Below are positions 1 through 8,700 of a stretch of DNA of 64,000 nucleotides, piece after piece. Under the pieces are notes generated by a model. It made no database searches, was not told the origin of the DNA, and saw nothing but the letters and a program-made list of their open reading frames with translations. Source of the stretch: Cyanophora paradoxa CCMP329. Taxonomy: Eukaryota; Plantae; Glaucophyta. Location of the stretch: NCBI GenBank assembly GCA_004431415.1, contig QPMI01000054.1, positions 1 to 64,000 of the forward strand, given 5' to 3'. Numbering within the stretch: the first letter of the stretch is position 1; each line of letters opens with the position of its first letter. The position numbers and the translations under genes are program-made.

Positions 1-1
1 G

Positions 2-244
2 GCTCGGCAGGCGACGCTCTCTTCGATGGACCAGGTGCAGCCGATCTTAGAGGAGCTGGTGATTAAGTACTCGCGCTACGTGACCCTGGGGCCCGAGGCG
101 CGCCTGGGGATGGCCCTGGTGCAGACGGTGCTGGCGGTGCACGCGGCGAACGCGAACCCGGAGGTAATGAAGGAGGTGACGGAGGCGGCGGCCTCGACGG
201 CGGCGGAGCCCAGGGCGGTGGGCGGCAAGTTCAACGGCCTTTGA
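2..244 (+). CDS. 3' end of a DUF5767-like conserved NCLDV protein (frame open to the window edge)
   Basis: QPILEELVIKYSRYVTLGPEARLGMALVQTVLAVHAAN resembles the recalled EELxxKY...PExRL...H.xN pattern of this viral family. The frame is open from position 2. Confidence 0.5.
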   Translation, partial: ARQATLSSMDQVQPILEELVIKYSRYVTLGPEARLGMALVQTVLAVHAANANPEVMKEVTEAAASTAAEPRAVGGKFNGL

Positions 245-284
245 GTGTAAACGCGTGTAATCAATTGCACCAAAAATTCACAAT

Positions 285-1075
285 TTATTCGTCCGAGCTA
301 CTGCATGGGGCTGCGTACATAGACTCGGGGTTTAGGTAGGGCTCGAAATCGGCCTCGTTGTCGTAGGGCTTGAAGGCCAGCTCGGGGGCGCGCCCGGCGA
401 AGCGAAAGGCGCCGACCTTGCACTGCTGCACGGCGAGGAAGGACCACTTGAGGCCGAACTTGCCCTCGGGGATGGCGTAGGCGGTGTCGATTTTAATGAG
501 CGCCGCCACCAGGTCTCCGGTGCCGATGGTGGCGCGCTCGGTGATGAGGTAGTTGGACATGTCGACGACGGGCACGGTCTTGCGCTTGCCGCCATCGTCT
601 GGGTGCGGATGCGCATGTTGAGTACTTGTAGAAGGCCTGGCCCGACTCCTTGTCGACCTTGATGCGCACGCTGGGCGTCTGCAGCACCGAGATCTGATCC
701 TTGGAGAGGAGCGGCCGGGCGAGACCTTGAGCTTGGCCTGGTTCTGCTGCACGAACTCGCAGAATTTCGCGTCCAGGGCCTCCAGCAGCTTGAGGAACTC
801 GTCCGCGGCTGGGTTCGTCTGGCCGTCGACGGCGCTGAGATCGGTGAGGTCCAGCGTGTAAAATCCGCCGTTTTCTTCCATGACGAAGGCCTTCTTCTCG
901 TCGCTCCACGCCTTGCCTTGCTCTGTGTTGATGCACGGGTTGATCGTGACCATGGGCGGCGCGTACATCATGAGGCCCTGCAGGCCGTCGTACTTGGCCT
1001 TGATGCGGCCGGTGGCGTCGATCTCGAAGGCGAGCTTGGCGGGTCGATCTCGTTGGCGTTGCGGACGGTGGCCAT
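285..1075 (-). CDS. Viral ssDNA-binding protein (T7 gp2.5-like OB fold, NCLDV DUF2738-type), with ~3 frameshifts
   Basis: Reconstructed MATVRNANEID(P)AKLAFEIDATGRIKAKY...EFLKLLEALDAKFCEFVQQN...IGTGDLVAALIKIDTAYAIPEGKFGLKWSFLAVQ, ending in an acidic tail. Indels near 1045, 720 and 615. Confidence 0.7.
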
Positions 1076-1140
1076 GTTTGCGTTAGCTTAGAGTGTGCTT
1101 CAGCCTAGCGCTAGAAAATATTTAAGGGCGCCCCACCCGA

Positions 1141-1180
1141 CTTCAGCTGACCTCGGGTGAGCGCTCAGGTGATTCAGGTA
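1141..1180 (-). promoter_or_regulatory. Cluster of TCAGGTGA/TCAGCTGA (E-box-like) motifs upstream of the SSB gene
   Basis: cttcagctga cctcgggtga gcgctcaggt gattcaggta, followed toward the ATG by the AT-rich aaatatttaa. A similar cluster occurs at 1521-1566. Confidence 0.45.
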
Positions 1181-1249
1181 AAACACGTGTTCAATTCACC
1201 ATCAGATCCTCTACGACGGCTACACGAATCGAGCTAATCTTGAACCTGC

Positions 1250-1459
1250 CTACAATGCACTTCTCTCTCCACAGTACGATCTCGTTCTTGAGGGGAGCAG
1301 TTGAATCCAATCATACTCATCGCCCTTGCGGTGCTCCGACGAAATGTCGCGAAGGAGCTTGCAGAAGTAGAACGTGTTTCGGTCGAACTCATCGTCGTAT
1401 ATGACGTATGCGAAGATGCCGAAGGTGAGACAGCAGGTGAAGTACGTGGGGATGCACAT
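1250..1459 (-). CDS. Small hypothetical viral protein (69 aa, hydrophobic N-terminus)
   Basis: ATG-started ORF with GC3-biased codons, preceded by the same motif cluster as the SSB gene. Confidence 0.45.
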   Translation of the reverse strand: MCIPTYFTCCLTFGIFAYVIYDDEFDRNTFYFCKLLRDISSEHRKGDEYDWIQLLPSRTRSYCGERSAL

Positions 1460-1520
1460 TCTTGATTTCTCTTGCTTTGAAGTGTGAGGAGAGGGCGCGG
1501 CGGGGCTGCGGTTTTGAGGC

Positions 1521-1645
1521 CGTTCAGGTGAGGGTCAGGTGAGCGCTCAGCTGAGTTTCAGGTGAGGGCAACTTGAAAATTCGGCGTCATTACGTCCGCG
1601 TCATTTACGTCAGCGTCATTTACGTCACGGAGTTGGGACTCGGCC
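1521..1645. promoter_or_regulatory. Divergent regulatory region: TCAGGTGA cluster plus CGTCATTTACGTCA (CRE/ATF-like) repeats
   Basis: Four TCAG(G/C)TGA motifs at 1521-1566, then cgtcattacgtccgcgtcatttacgtcagcgtcatttacgtcacggagtt at 1585-1635, a partial copy of the 2444-2533 module. Confidence 0.55.
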
Positions 1646-1718
1646 TGGCCCCCGGCCCAGGCCTCGCCCGTAAAAAAGGACTTGGACTTGGCGCCATTTT
1701 CTAAAGCTCTGCTGTACC

Positions 1719-2357
1719 ATGGAGCCGCTATCTCCCAGCTAGTCTCTCAGGGCGCCAAGCTCGACAAGGCCCTGAACATCTACCTTCAGCTGATCGAGCT
1801 GGCCTGGCCCGAGCCAATGATAGCTCAGGCCTGCAAATCGCTCCACGTGGCGTTCGATGCGCCGTTCTCAGGTGACCCGGATCAGGTGACATCCTGGACC
1901 AAGGAGGAGATAAAGGCCGACTTCGAGGCGCTTTTCTCATTTATGAGCAAGAAGTATGCCGAAATCGAAGCAGCTAAGGCCTCAGCAGCCGAAGGCGGTG
2001 AAGCCCCAGCCGAAGGCCCTGCCGGCGACCAAGGCACCGAAGTTCAAGGCGCTGGGCCCCTTGCAGAGGGCGAAGGCCAAGGCGGACCTGCGACCGCGTA
2101 GGCCCAAGGACATAGCCAAGGAGGCAAGCGGCCACAGGCCGGACTGGCCGGCGCCGGCGCCCTACCGCTACCTCAAGCTGGACAAGAGCAACGATACCGG
2201 CTTCACCAGGAGGAGGTGGCCTGAGCCCCTCAGGTGGCTGGAGCCAAGGGAGATCAAGTCCGGAGGCGGTATCGAGCTAGCGCTAGCGCTGGGCGGCGGC
2301 GGCGGTGCAGACTTGGAGGAGCAGGCCCTGCTAGATACCATCAACTTGGGCAAGTAG
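1719..2357 (+). CDS. Hypothetical viral protein (~210 aa, basic K/P/A-rich C-terminal half), frameshifted
   Basis: Joins ORFs 1682-2101 and 1956-2357 through indels near 1724 and 1980, giving MEAAISQLVSQGAKLDKALNIY...PKAVKPQPKALPATKAPKFK...INLGK. Confidence 0.5.
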
Positions 2358-2363
2358 AGCTGT

Positions 2364-3027
2364 GATATCTAGCTAGCTAGCGCTTGCTTAATTAACTCAA
2401 CTGAAGTTACCTGACATTTACCTGAAGGGTTGCGGAGGTTACCGAAGGGTCGCGTCATTTACGTCAGCGTCATTTACGTCACGGAGTTTGCCGGCGACTC
2501 GGGACTCGGGCCCAACTTCTCCCGGTAAGTTCGAGACTTGGAAAAATAGGGTATCCCTATTACTTATCGTTATTATTATTACTATTATCGTTATTCACAT
2601 TGAATGAATGCTTAAATCTATAAAAGCTGTACCAGTATCGGTGGCTACTAGTACTAAGCTAGTAGTACTAAGTAGTACCAAGTAGTACTAAGTAGTACTA
2701 CGTAGTACTAGCGGTACTAGTAGCTACTGGTCGTGACGAACTTACCGGGAGAAGTTGGGCCCGAGTCCCGAGTCGCCGGCAAACTCCGTGACGTAAATGA
2801 CGCTGACGTAAATGACGCGACCCTTCAGGTTAATTAATTAAGCAAGCGCTAGCGCTAGCTAGCTAGATATCGATACCACCTAGCTAGTAGCACTAGGACA
2901 CTAGGACACTAGGACACCGGGGGTACCCCCGCCGAGTTCAAGTCTCGAACTTACCGGGAGAAGTTGGGCCCGAGTCCCGAGTCGCCGGCAAACTCCGTGA
3001 CGTAAATGACGCGGACGTAAATGACGC
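2364..3027. repeat. Inverted-repeat module (90-bp arms at 2444-2533 and 2737-2826, AT-rich spacer, third copy at 2939-3027); candidate origin or terminal-repeat junction
   Basis: gaagggtcgcgtcatttacgtcagcgtcatttacgtcacggagtttgccggcgactcgggactcgggcccaacttctcccggtaagttcg and its reverse complement. Outer imperfect arms lie at 2364-2396 and 2835-2871. Confidence 0.9.
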
Positions 3028-3096
3028 AAATCCCATTGGAGCTACGTTCGCACACTCCGGACGCCTCCCACAATTTTCCAAGGTACCCAGCAAGCA

Positions 3097-3383
3097 TGGA
3101 CTTCACCGATTGCGCAGGTATCAAGCAGGAGCCTGAGGACCTTCTCACCGCCGCCGCCTCGGCGCCCAAGCAGCGCCGCCGCCGCGGGCCCAAGTCCCTC
3201 TGCTCCGAGCCCGAGATCCTGGCGGCTCCGGCGCGCGGGCCGGAGACCGTGGACCTGACCCTGGAGGAGCCGGCGCGCGGCCCGCCGCGCCTTCTGATCC
3301 TTGCGGCGGCGGCGGCCGCGCTCTACTACGCCGCCCGGCGCCTGGGCCCGCAGCTCTCGGGCCTGGTCCGGAACCTTTTCTAA
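3097..3383 (+). CDS. Small viral protein with C-terminal hydrophobic segment
   Basis: MDFTDCAGIKQEPED...LLILAAAAAALYYAARRLG. GC3-rich and packed tightly against the next ORF. Confidence 0.55.
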
Positions 3384-3394
3384 GTCCCTCCTCA

Positions 3395-3736
3395 ATGGAG
3401 GCCCTGCTAGATCTCATGGCCTTTGCGCTGCCCATCTTCTTCCTGGTGGGCCTCAGCCGCATGGAGCGCGAGGCGCGCCAGCCCGAGCGCGTCGAGCGCG
3501 GCCTCACCCCCGCAGAGCAGCGCAACCTCACCGAGTGGGACCTGGCGCTCATGGCCGGCCGCATGCTCGACGGCAACCGGCTCGAGCCGGGCCACCGCCT
3601 CAAGCTAGAGGACGGCGGCACGGCCCTCTGGGACGGCGAGGCCTGGAAGCACGATTCGACGGGCGAGCCGATGAAGCTGCTCGCCTCCGGCAACAAGTAC
3701 TGGCGCGGCGACTCGATGGAGTTCCGGCGCCCGTGA
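3395..3736 (+). CDS. Small viral protein with N-terminal TM/signal anchor (113 aa)
   Basis: MEALLDLMAFALPIFFLVGLSRM..., with coding-like codon bias. Confidence 0.65.
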   Translation: MEALLDLMAFALPIFFLVGLSRMEREARQPERVERGLTPAEQRNLTEWDLALMAGRMLDGNRLEPGHRLKLEDGGTALWDGEAWKHDSTGEPMKLLASGNKYWRGDSMEFRRP

Positions 3737-3784
3737 TTGCTAGTGATTTTCTGGTCCCTCTTCTAACCCTTCTACCAGCAAAGA

Positions 3785-4069
3785 ATGCCCGACCCCTCGC
3801 CCGACCCCGCCGCAGGTGCCGAGAGCGCGGGCAGCTCGGACGAGTACTCCGAGCTCACGGATCCCGACCCCGACGAGCCCGGCGACGCCTTCGCGACGGA
3901 GAACGAGCGCTCCCTCATGCGCGTCTACGAGGCGCTGCGCGAGGCGATCTACTGGGAGGATCCCCGCCTGGGAACCCTGATGAACTTTGCAAAGTTCGCC
4001 GAGTTCATGTTCGCTATGACCGTGCCCTTCACCCGAGTCGTGCTCTGGGATAGGAACAGGAACTGGTAA
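3785..4069 (+). CDS. Small acidic hypothetical viral protein (94 aa)
   Basis: Acidic N-terminus followed by ENERSLMRVYEALREAIYWEDPRLGTLMNFAKFAEFMF. Coding-like codon bias. Confidence 0.6.
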   Translation: MPDPSPDPAAGAESAGSSDEYSELTDPDPDEPGDAFATENERSLMRVYEALREAIYWEDPRLGTLMNFAKFAEFMFAMTVPFTRVVLWDRNRNW

Positions 4070-4096
4070 AGGCATTGAATACAACAGTACAGAGCC

Positions 4097-4471
4097 CTAC
4101 GAGCTAGAGCTGCTATCGCCCGAGTCCAGGCGCGCCTTCTTGGCCTTGGAGCGGCGGAGGCGGGAGACGTACTGCAGGCGCAGGTTGCGCACTAGGAGCT
4201 CGCCGGCCGTGGTGCCCGGCAGCCCGGGAACCGAGTCCGTGGGCAGCAGCTGTCCCTCGCGTATCGCCTTGTACGTCTTGCGCTTGTTGAATGCAACCTT
4301 CTCCGTATCCTCCGCGACCGGGACTTCCAGCGCCAGCGTGCGCTTGGCCTTCTTGACGGAGACTGCGTTCGCACGCTCCAGCTTCACTCCGGGCTCCAGG
4401 GGGGTAGGGGCGACTGCGTTCGCCACCGGGTTCTCAGCGAAGGAAACACGGGGGGAAGAGCCGCCGCGCAT
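4097..4471 (-). CDS. Basic hypothetical viral protein (124 aa)
   Basis: ATG ORF with a K/R-rich C-terminus (SRLRRSKAKKARL, NLS-like). Confidence 0.55.
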   Translation of the reverse strand: MRGGSSPRVSFAENPVANAVAPTPLEPGVKLERANAVSVKKAKRTLALEVPVAEDTEKVAFNKRKTYKAIREGQLLPTDSVPGLPGTTAGELLVRNLRLQYVSRLRRSKAKKARLDSGDSSSSS

Positions 4472-4483
4472 GGTTCGCTCGCT

Positions 4484-4884
4484 TTACCTAGCCTTTAGAA
4501 AATAGTCGAGCTGGGCGCTCTGCAGGCGCGCGCCCTGGTAGGCGCCGCGCAGCTGCCACGCGAGCCAGATCGCAAGGAGCACCGCGGCGACGCCGGCGGC
4601 GATCTTGGCGTAGTGCCAGCCCTTCATCGCAAGCTCCGGCACGGCCGCAACCGCCTGCCCGACCTTCACGCCCGCGGCGCCCGTCCGATCGATTCCCGTC
4701 AGCGTGCTGCCGAGTGCGCCCGCGGCCACGTCGGCCCAGGAAGCTTGCCGTCGTTCTTTAGGATGAGCTCGTTGTTCTTGCGCTCGATCGTCGTGCTGAT
4801 CGCCGCGGCCAGGTTGAAGCTCGGCGGCGGCTGCGCGCTCTTCGGTCCGAAGACCTTGGTCAGCACGGCGTCCACCCAGCCCAT
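4484..4884 (-). CDS. Viral membrane protein (MG- start, C-terminal TM), one frameshift near 4733
   Basis: MGWVDAVLTKVFG...KNDGKLPG joined to DVAAGALGSTL...HYAKIAAGVAAVLLAIWLAWQLRG. Confidence 0.55.
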
Positions 4885-4910
4885 CTTTGACCTAGACTTC
4901 GAAAAACTAT

Positions 4911-5390
4911 CTAAATGACCAGGCCGCGCAGGTACCAGACCATCAGGAGCGAGCCGCCCAGCGCCACCAGCAGCGGCAGGTGCCCGTCCACGGCGCGCCG
5001 CATGCGGTTGTCGCACAGCTCCTGGCAGCTCAGCCGGTTGGCCTCGTCGAAGTAGGCGCTCACGGCGTAGGGGCGGTCGGCCGGCGGGTGCAGCCCCCGG
5101 CCCAGGCACGGGTAGGCCTCCGCCTGGCGCCGCGCGGCCAGCGCCGCCGTCGCCGCGTGCGCCGCCTCCCTCTGCCCCGGCGCGATCGCCACGAGGGGCA
5201 GCGCCCCCACGCTCCTGCCCTTGCCCGCCCCCTTGATCGTTTTCAGCGACGGCGGCGCGGGATCCGCCGCCTTCACCCTGGGCCCCTCCGCCGCCGCCCC
5301 GCCCTTAGCCCTCGCCGCCTCGCCGATCTTGCTGCATCGCGAATCCGATTTGAACACGGTGCACAGCAGCTTCTCTACCGCGCTCGACAT
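4911..5390 (-). CDS. Cys-containing viral protein with C-terminal TM anchor (159 aa)
   Basis: MSSAVEKLLC...LSCQELCDNRMRRAVDGHLPLLVALGGSLLMVWYLRGLVI. Confidence 0.6.
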   Translation of the reverse strand: MSSAVEKLLCTVFKSDSRCSKIGEAARAKGGAAAEGPRVKAADPAPPSLKTIKGAGKGRSVGALPLVAIAPGQREAAHAATAALAARRQAEAYPCLGRGLHPPADRPYAVSAYFDEANRLSCQELCDNRMRRAVDGHLPLLVALGGSLLMVWYLRGLVI

Positions 5391-5485
5391 CTTCGAACGT
5401 GTAACGAGAATGAAGAAAATTTAAAAGGGAACGCCAACGGACTCGGAACTCGGAAAAGGGGGAGGGGAGAATGAACTTTGAAAAG

Positions 5486-5674
5486 TTAGCGCCCGGCGGG
5501 GCGCATGCCGGCCGCCGCCTGCGAGGCGCCGCCGGGGGCGTAGAGGGACTTGGCGGCGTAGCCGAAGCCCACGCCTATGACCGCCGAGGCCGTGGGGGTG
5601 CCGCCGAGGAGCCAGGTGAGGGTCGCGGCCAGCGCTCCTAGCGAGTAATGGGCAGGATAAGCTTCGAAGGCCAT
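5486..5674 (-). CDS. Small two-helix hydrophobic protein (62 aa)
   Basis: YSLGALAATLTWLLGGTPTASAVIGVGFGYAAKSLY. Confidence 0.5.
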   Translation of the reverse strand: MAFEAYPAHYSLGALAATLTWLLGGTPTASAVIGVGFGYAAKSLYAPGGASQAAAGMRPAGR

Positions 5675-5722
5675 CGCGGGACCGAATTGAGGGAGGGTTG
5701 AGAAAAAATACCGCCTCGGGCC

Positions 5723-8700
5723 TCAGTGGTGCAGGTGCCGGAAGCGCGCGTTGTCCTCGGCCTCCTCGCGCGCCGCCTGCTCCTCCGCCGCGTCGATCTC
5801 CGCCCGCGAGGCCTCCCGCGCCGCGGCCGACGCGTAGTCCTTGAGCACGGGCACGCGCCGGTAGCTGTAGCCGAGGCCCTTCGCCAGCCCCGCCGACTCC
5901 GCCTCGAACGCCCGCCAGCGCTCCGAGGCCTCCGCCCCGGCGATCTGGCCGGCGCGGAAGCCGGAGTCCAGCTCGGCGCGGAAGGCGATGGTGGCCTGCA
6001 GGCGCTGGGCCCAGAGGGCCTGGCGCCGCTCCTCCGCCTCGCGCGCCTGGCGCGCCGCCAGCGCCCGCCGCTCGGCCTCCTGCTGGGCCCCGAAGCCCTG
6101 GATCGCGGTGAGGACGGCGCCGGGGCCGGGGAGGGGGCTGGGGCCGTCGGCGCTCGCGGAGGAGGCCGAGCTCCCGTAGCCGCTCGGGCCCGCGCCGCCG
6201 TTCGTCGGGGTACCCTGCCCTTGGATCAGGAGGGGGGCGGGGGGAGGGGGGTACGGGAGGGAAGGCGGGGGTACGCGGGGCCGGACCTGGCGCGGCAGCA
6301 TCTCGTCGATGCGCTGCTGGCCGGGGCGCTGCTGGGGGGCCGTGGCGGGGGGCTGGGGCGGGAGGAAGGCCGGCGCCGAGTTGCGGGTGCGCTTGCCCTT
6401 GCCCTTGGTGTGGGGCTTGACGAGGAAGGGCCCGACGTCGGGCGCCGGGTCCTTGAACTGGGCGACGGGGATCGCGATCGCCTCCAGCGCCGGCTGGCTC
6501 TCGCCGAGGGAGAGCGGGGCCTTGGGGACGATGCCGCGGATGTAGGTCTGCCAGACGCCGCCGAGCTTGTAGGAGTAGGGGCGGCACCAGGAGCCGAAGC
6601 CGGCGAGGGTCTCGTCCAGCCGGCCGTTCTCGATGTCGGCGCCGACGGCGGCGGAGGTGTCGGGGCCCTCCGTGCGCGCGATGTACTCGACGATGCCCGC
6701 GACGCTCGTCATGTAGCCCTCCGTGTTCGGGGCGGCGACGTAGGTGGTGGGGTCGACGGCGCAGTGGGTGATGATGAAGCGGGTGAGGGGACAGGAGGCC
6801 GTCTCCTGCCAGAAGCCGAGGCGCTGCGCCCGCAGCCACGCCGGCTCGAAGGCCTGGATGCAGGAGGCCTTGCCGTCGGAGAGCGCGTGGATGATCTTCC
6901 ACGCGAAGGTGAAGGCCGCGACCATGAGCGCCGGCAGCTCGTTCTCGCGGATGTCGGAGTGGAGGTAGGTGCGCTTCTTGGCCGGCTTGTGGTCGAGGGG
7001 GATCAGGACGACGCGGGCGAAGAACTCGAGCATGCGGTTCTCGAGCTGCGCCGGGGCAAGTGAGAAAGGGCGCCGGGGAAGGGGAAGGGGGGCAGGGGAA
7101 CGGGCGCACCTGCGGGAAGCTGTTGCAGACGATGACAAGCACCTTGCGCGTAGCCTTGGTGCGCACATCGTCGCCGCGGACGTTCTTGAAGTTGCGGGAG
7201 TAGGCGTCGCCGGAGCGCATCTTGAGCTCCTCCTCCGAGCAGGCCTTAGGGTCGAGGCCCTCCGCCATCACCATGCAGATCGCCTCCTCGCCGCCGTGCT
7301 CCGAGAAGGCCGAGCCCTTGGAGGGGCGGTAGACGCAGACGCGGCCCGGCGGCAGGCACTCCGTCATGATCTGCGTCACCATCGACTTGCCTGTGCCCGA
7401 CTGGCCCTTGATGATGCCGCAGTACTGCAGCATGGCGCCCTCGGACGGCGGCTCGATCTCCGCGCGCGGCTCCCGGTCGAAGACGGGCTTGTCGCAGAAG
7501 TTCCACGGCCCGACGAGGTTGAAGGCGTAGAGGACGGCCGCCGCGTAGCCGAACTCGTCGGCCGTCACGTAGCCGTTGTCCGCCAGGTGCTTGACGACGT
7601 TGGGCATGAAGGGGTGCAGCATGCCGTACACGGTGGGCCAGTCGCAGGTCTCGGTCGCCTCCTCGATGCCCGCGGGCAGGCGCCCCTGGATGTAGCAGGT
7701 GTTCATGTAGCCCGCGTACCGCTCCCGTGCCTCCTCGTGCGTCATGACGAGGACGCAGGCGCTGCCCGTGCTGTCCTGCGGCGCCCGCACCACGAAATCT
7801 GCGCAAGGGGCGTCGGCGGGGGTACGGGGCGGGGCGCAGGGGTACGGGCGGCGCACGCGTGTCGCAGGCGAAGGCGAAGCCGGGGATGACGGGCATCTCG
7901 GGGCAGACGTCCTCGAGCTGGAGGGACTCCTCCACGAACGTGCGCGTCCGCCCCGAGAGCACCTCCTTCGAGAAGGTGAACTCGAAGGAGCCGGGGTTGG
8001 ACTCGTAGGTCTTGTGGAAGGTCATCGCCAGCAGCTGGATGACCTCCTTCATCGTCCCGCGCCCGGCGTGCCTGTTCGCGCTGACCTTGTCGTACACGAA
8101 GAGGTTCGGGAGCTCGACGTAGAAGGTGGGCGGGGAGTTCGGGCCGTAGGGTCTCTGGCGCACGATCCGCTGCGCCGGCAAAAGGGGGTTAGCGGGGTTC
8201 GAACGCGGGGAGGGGGGCGCACCGGCCGAAGGCGGCTCGGGCCCAGCGCCTTAAGCAGCTGGGCCACGGCCGCCTCCGGCCTCTAAGGGGGCGGGGCGCG
8301 CAGCTAAGGGGGGCGGGGCGCACGTTGTTCTTGACGAAGAGGCGGAGCGCATCCTGAATGGCCGCCTCCTTCTTGGACTTGTTGTCCTTGCTGTACGTTG
8401 TCACGTCGTCGTACTTGGACATGTCGATCTCGGGCGCCTCGCGCGGCTGCGCCGCCAGCTCCGCCCGCGCCAGCTCCAGCCTGGTGGCGCGCGGGGGCTC
8501 GCCGTCGCTCTCCGACGCCTGGCCGTCGTCGTGGTCCGCCTCCGCCTCCGCCCGCTGATCGCGCAGCAGCTGCCGCTCGCGCTCGCGCCGCTGCTGGGCC
8601 CGGCGGGAGAGGCGGCCGGCGCGGGGGGCCGGAGGGGGCGGAGGGGGCATGTGGCCGAGGGAGGAGGCGGGCGTGGCGACGGGCGTGCCCCGCGGCGGCG

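Noticed and set aside
5421-7856. 811-aa ORF as a single protein
   Set aside because: Only 7110-7798 is the true helicase exon. The remainder is intron or off-frame read-through.
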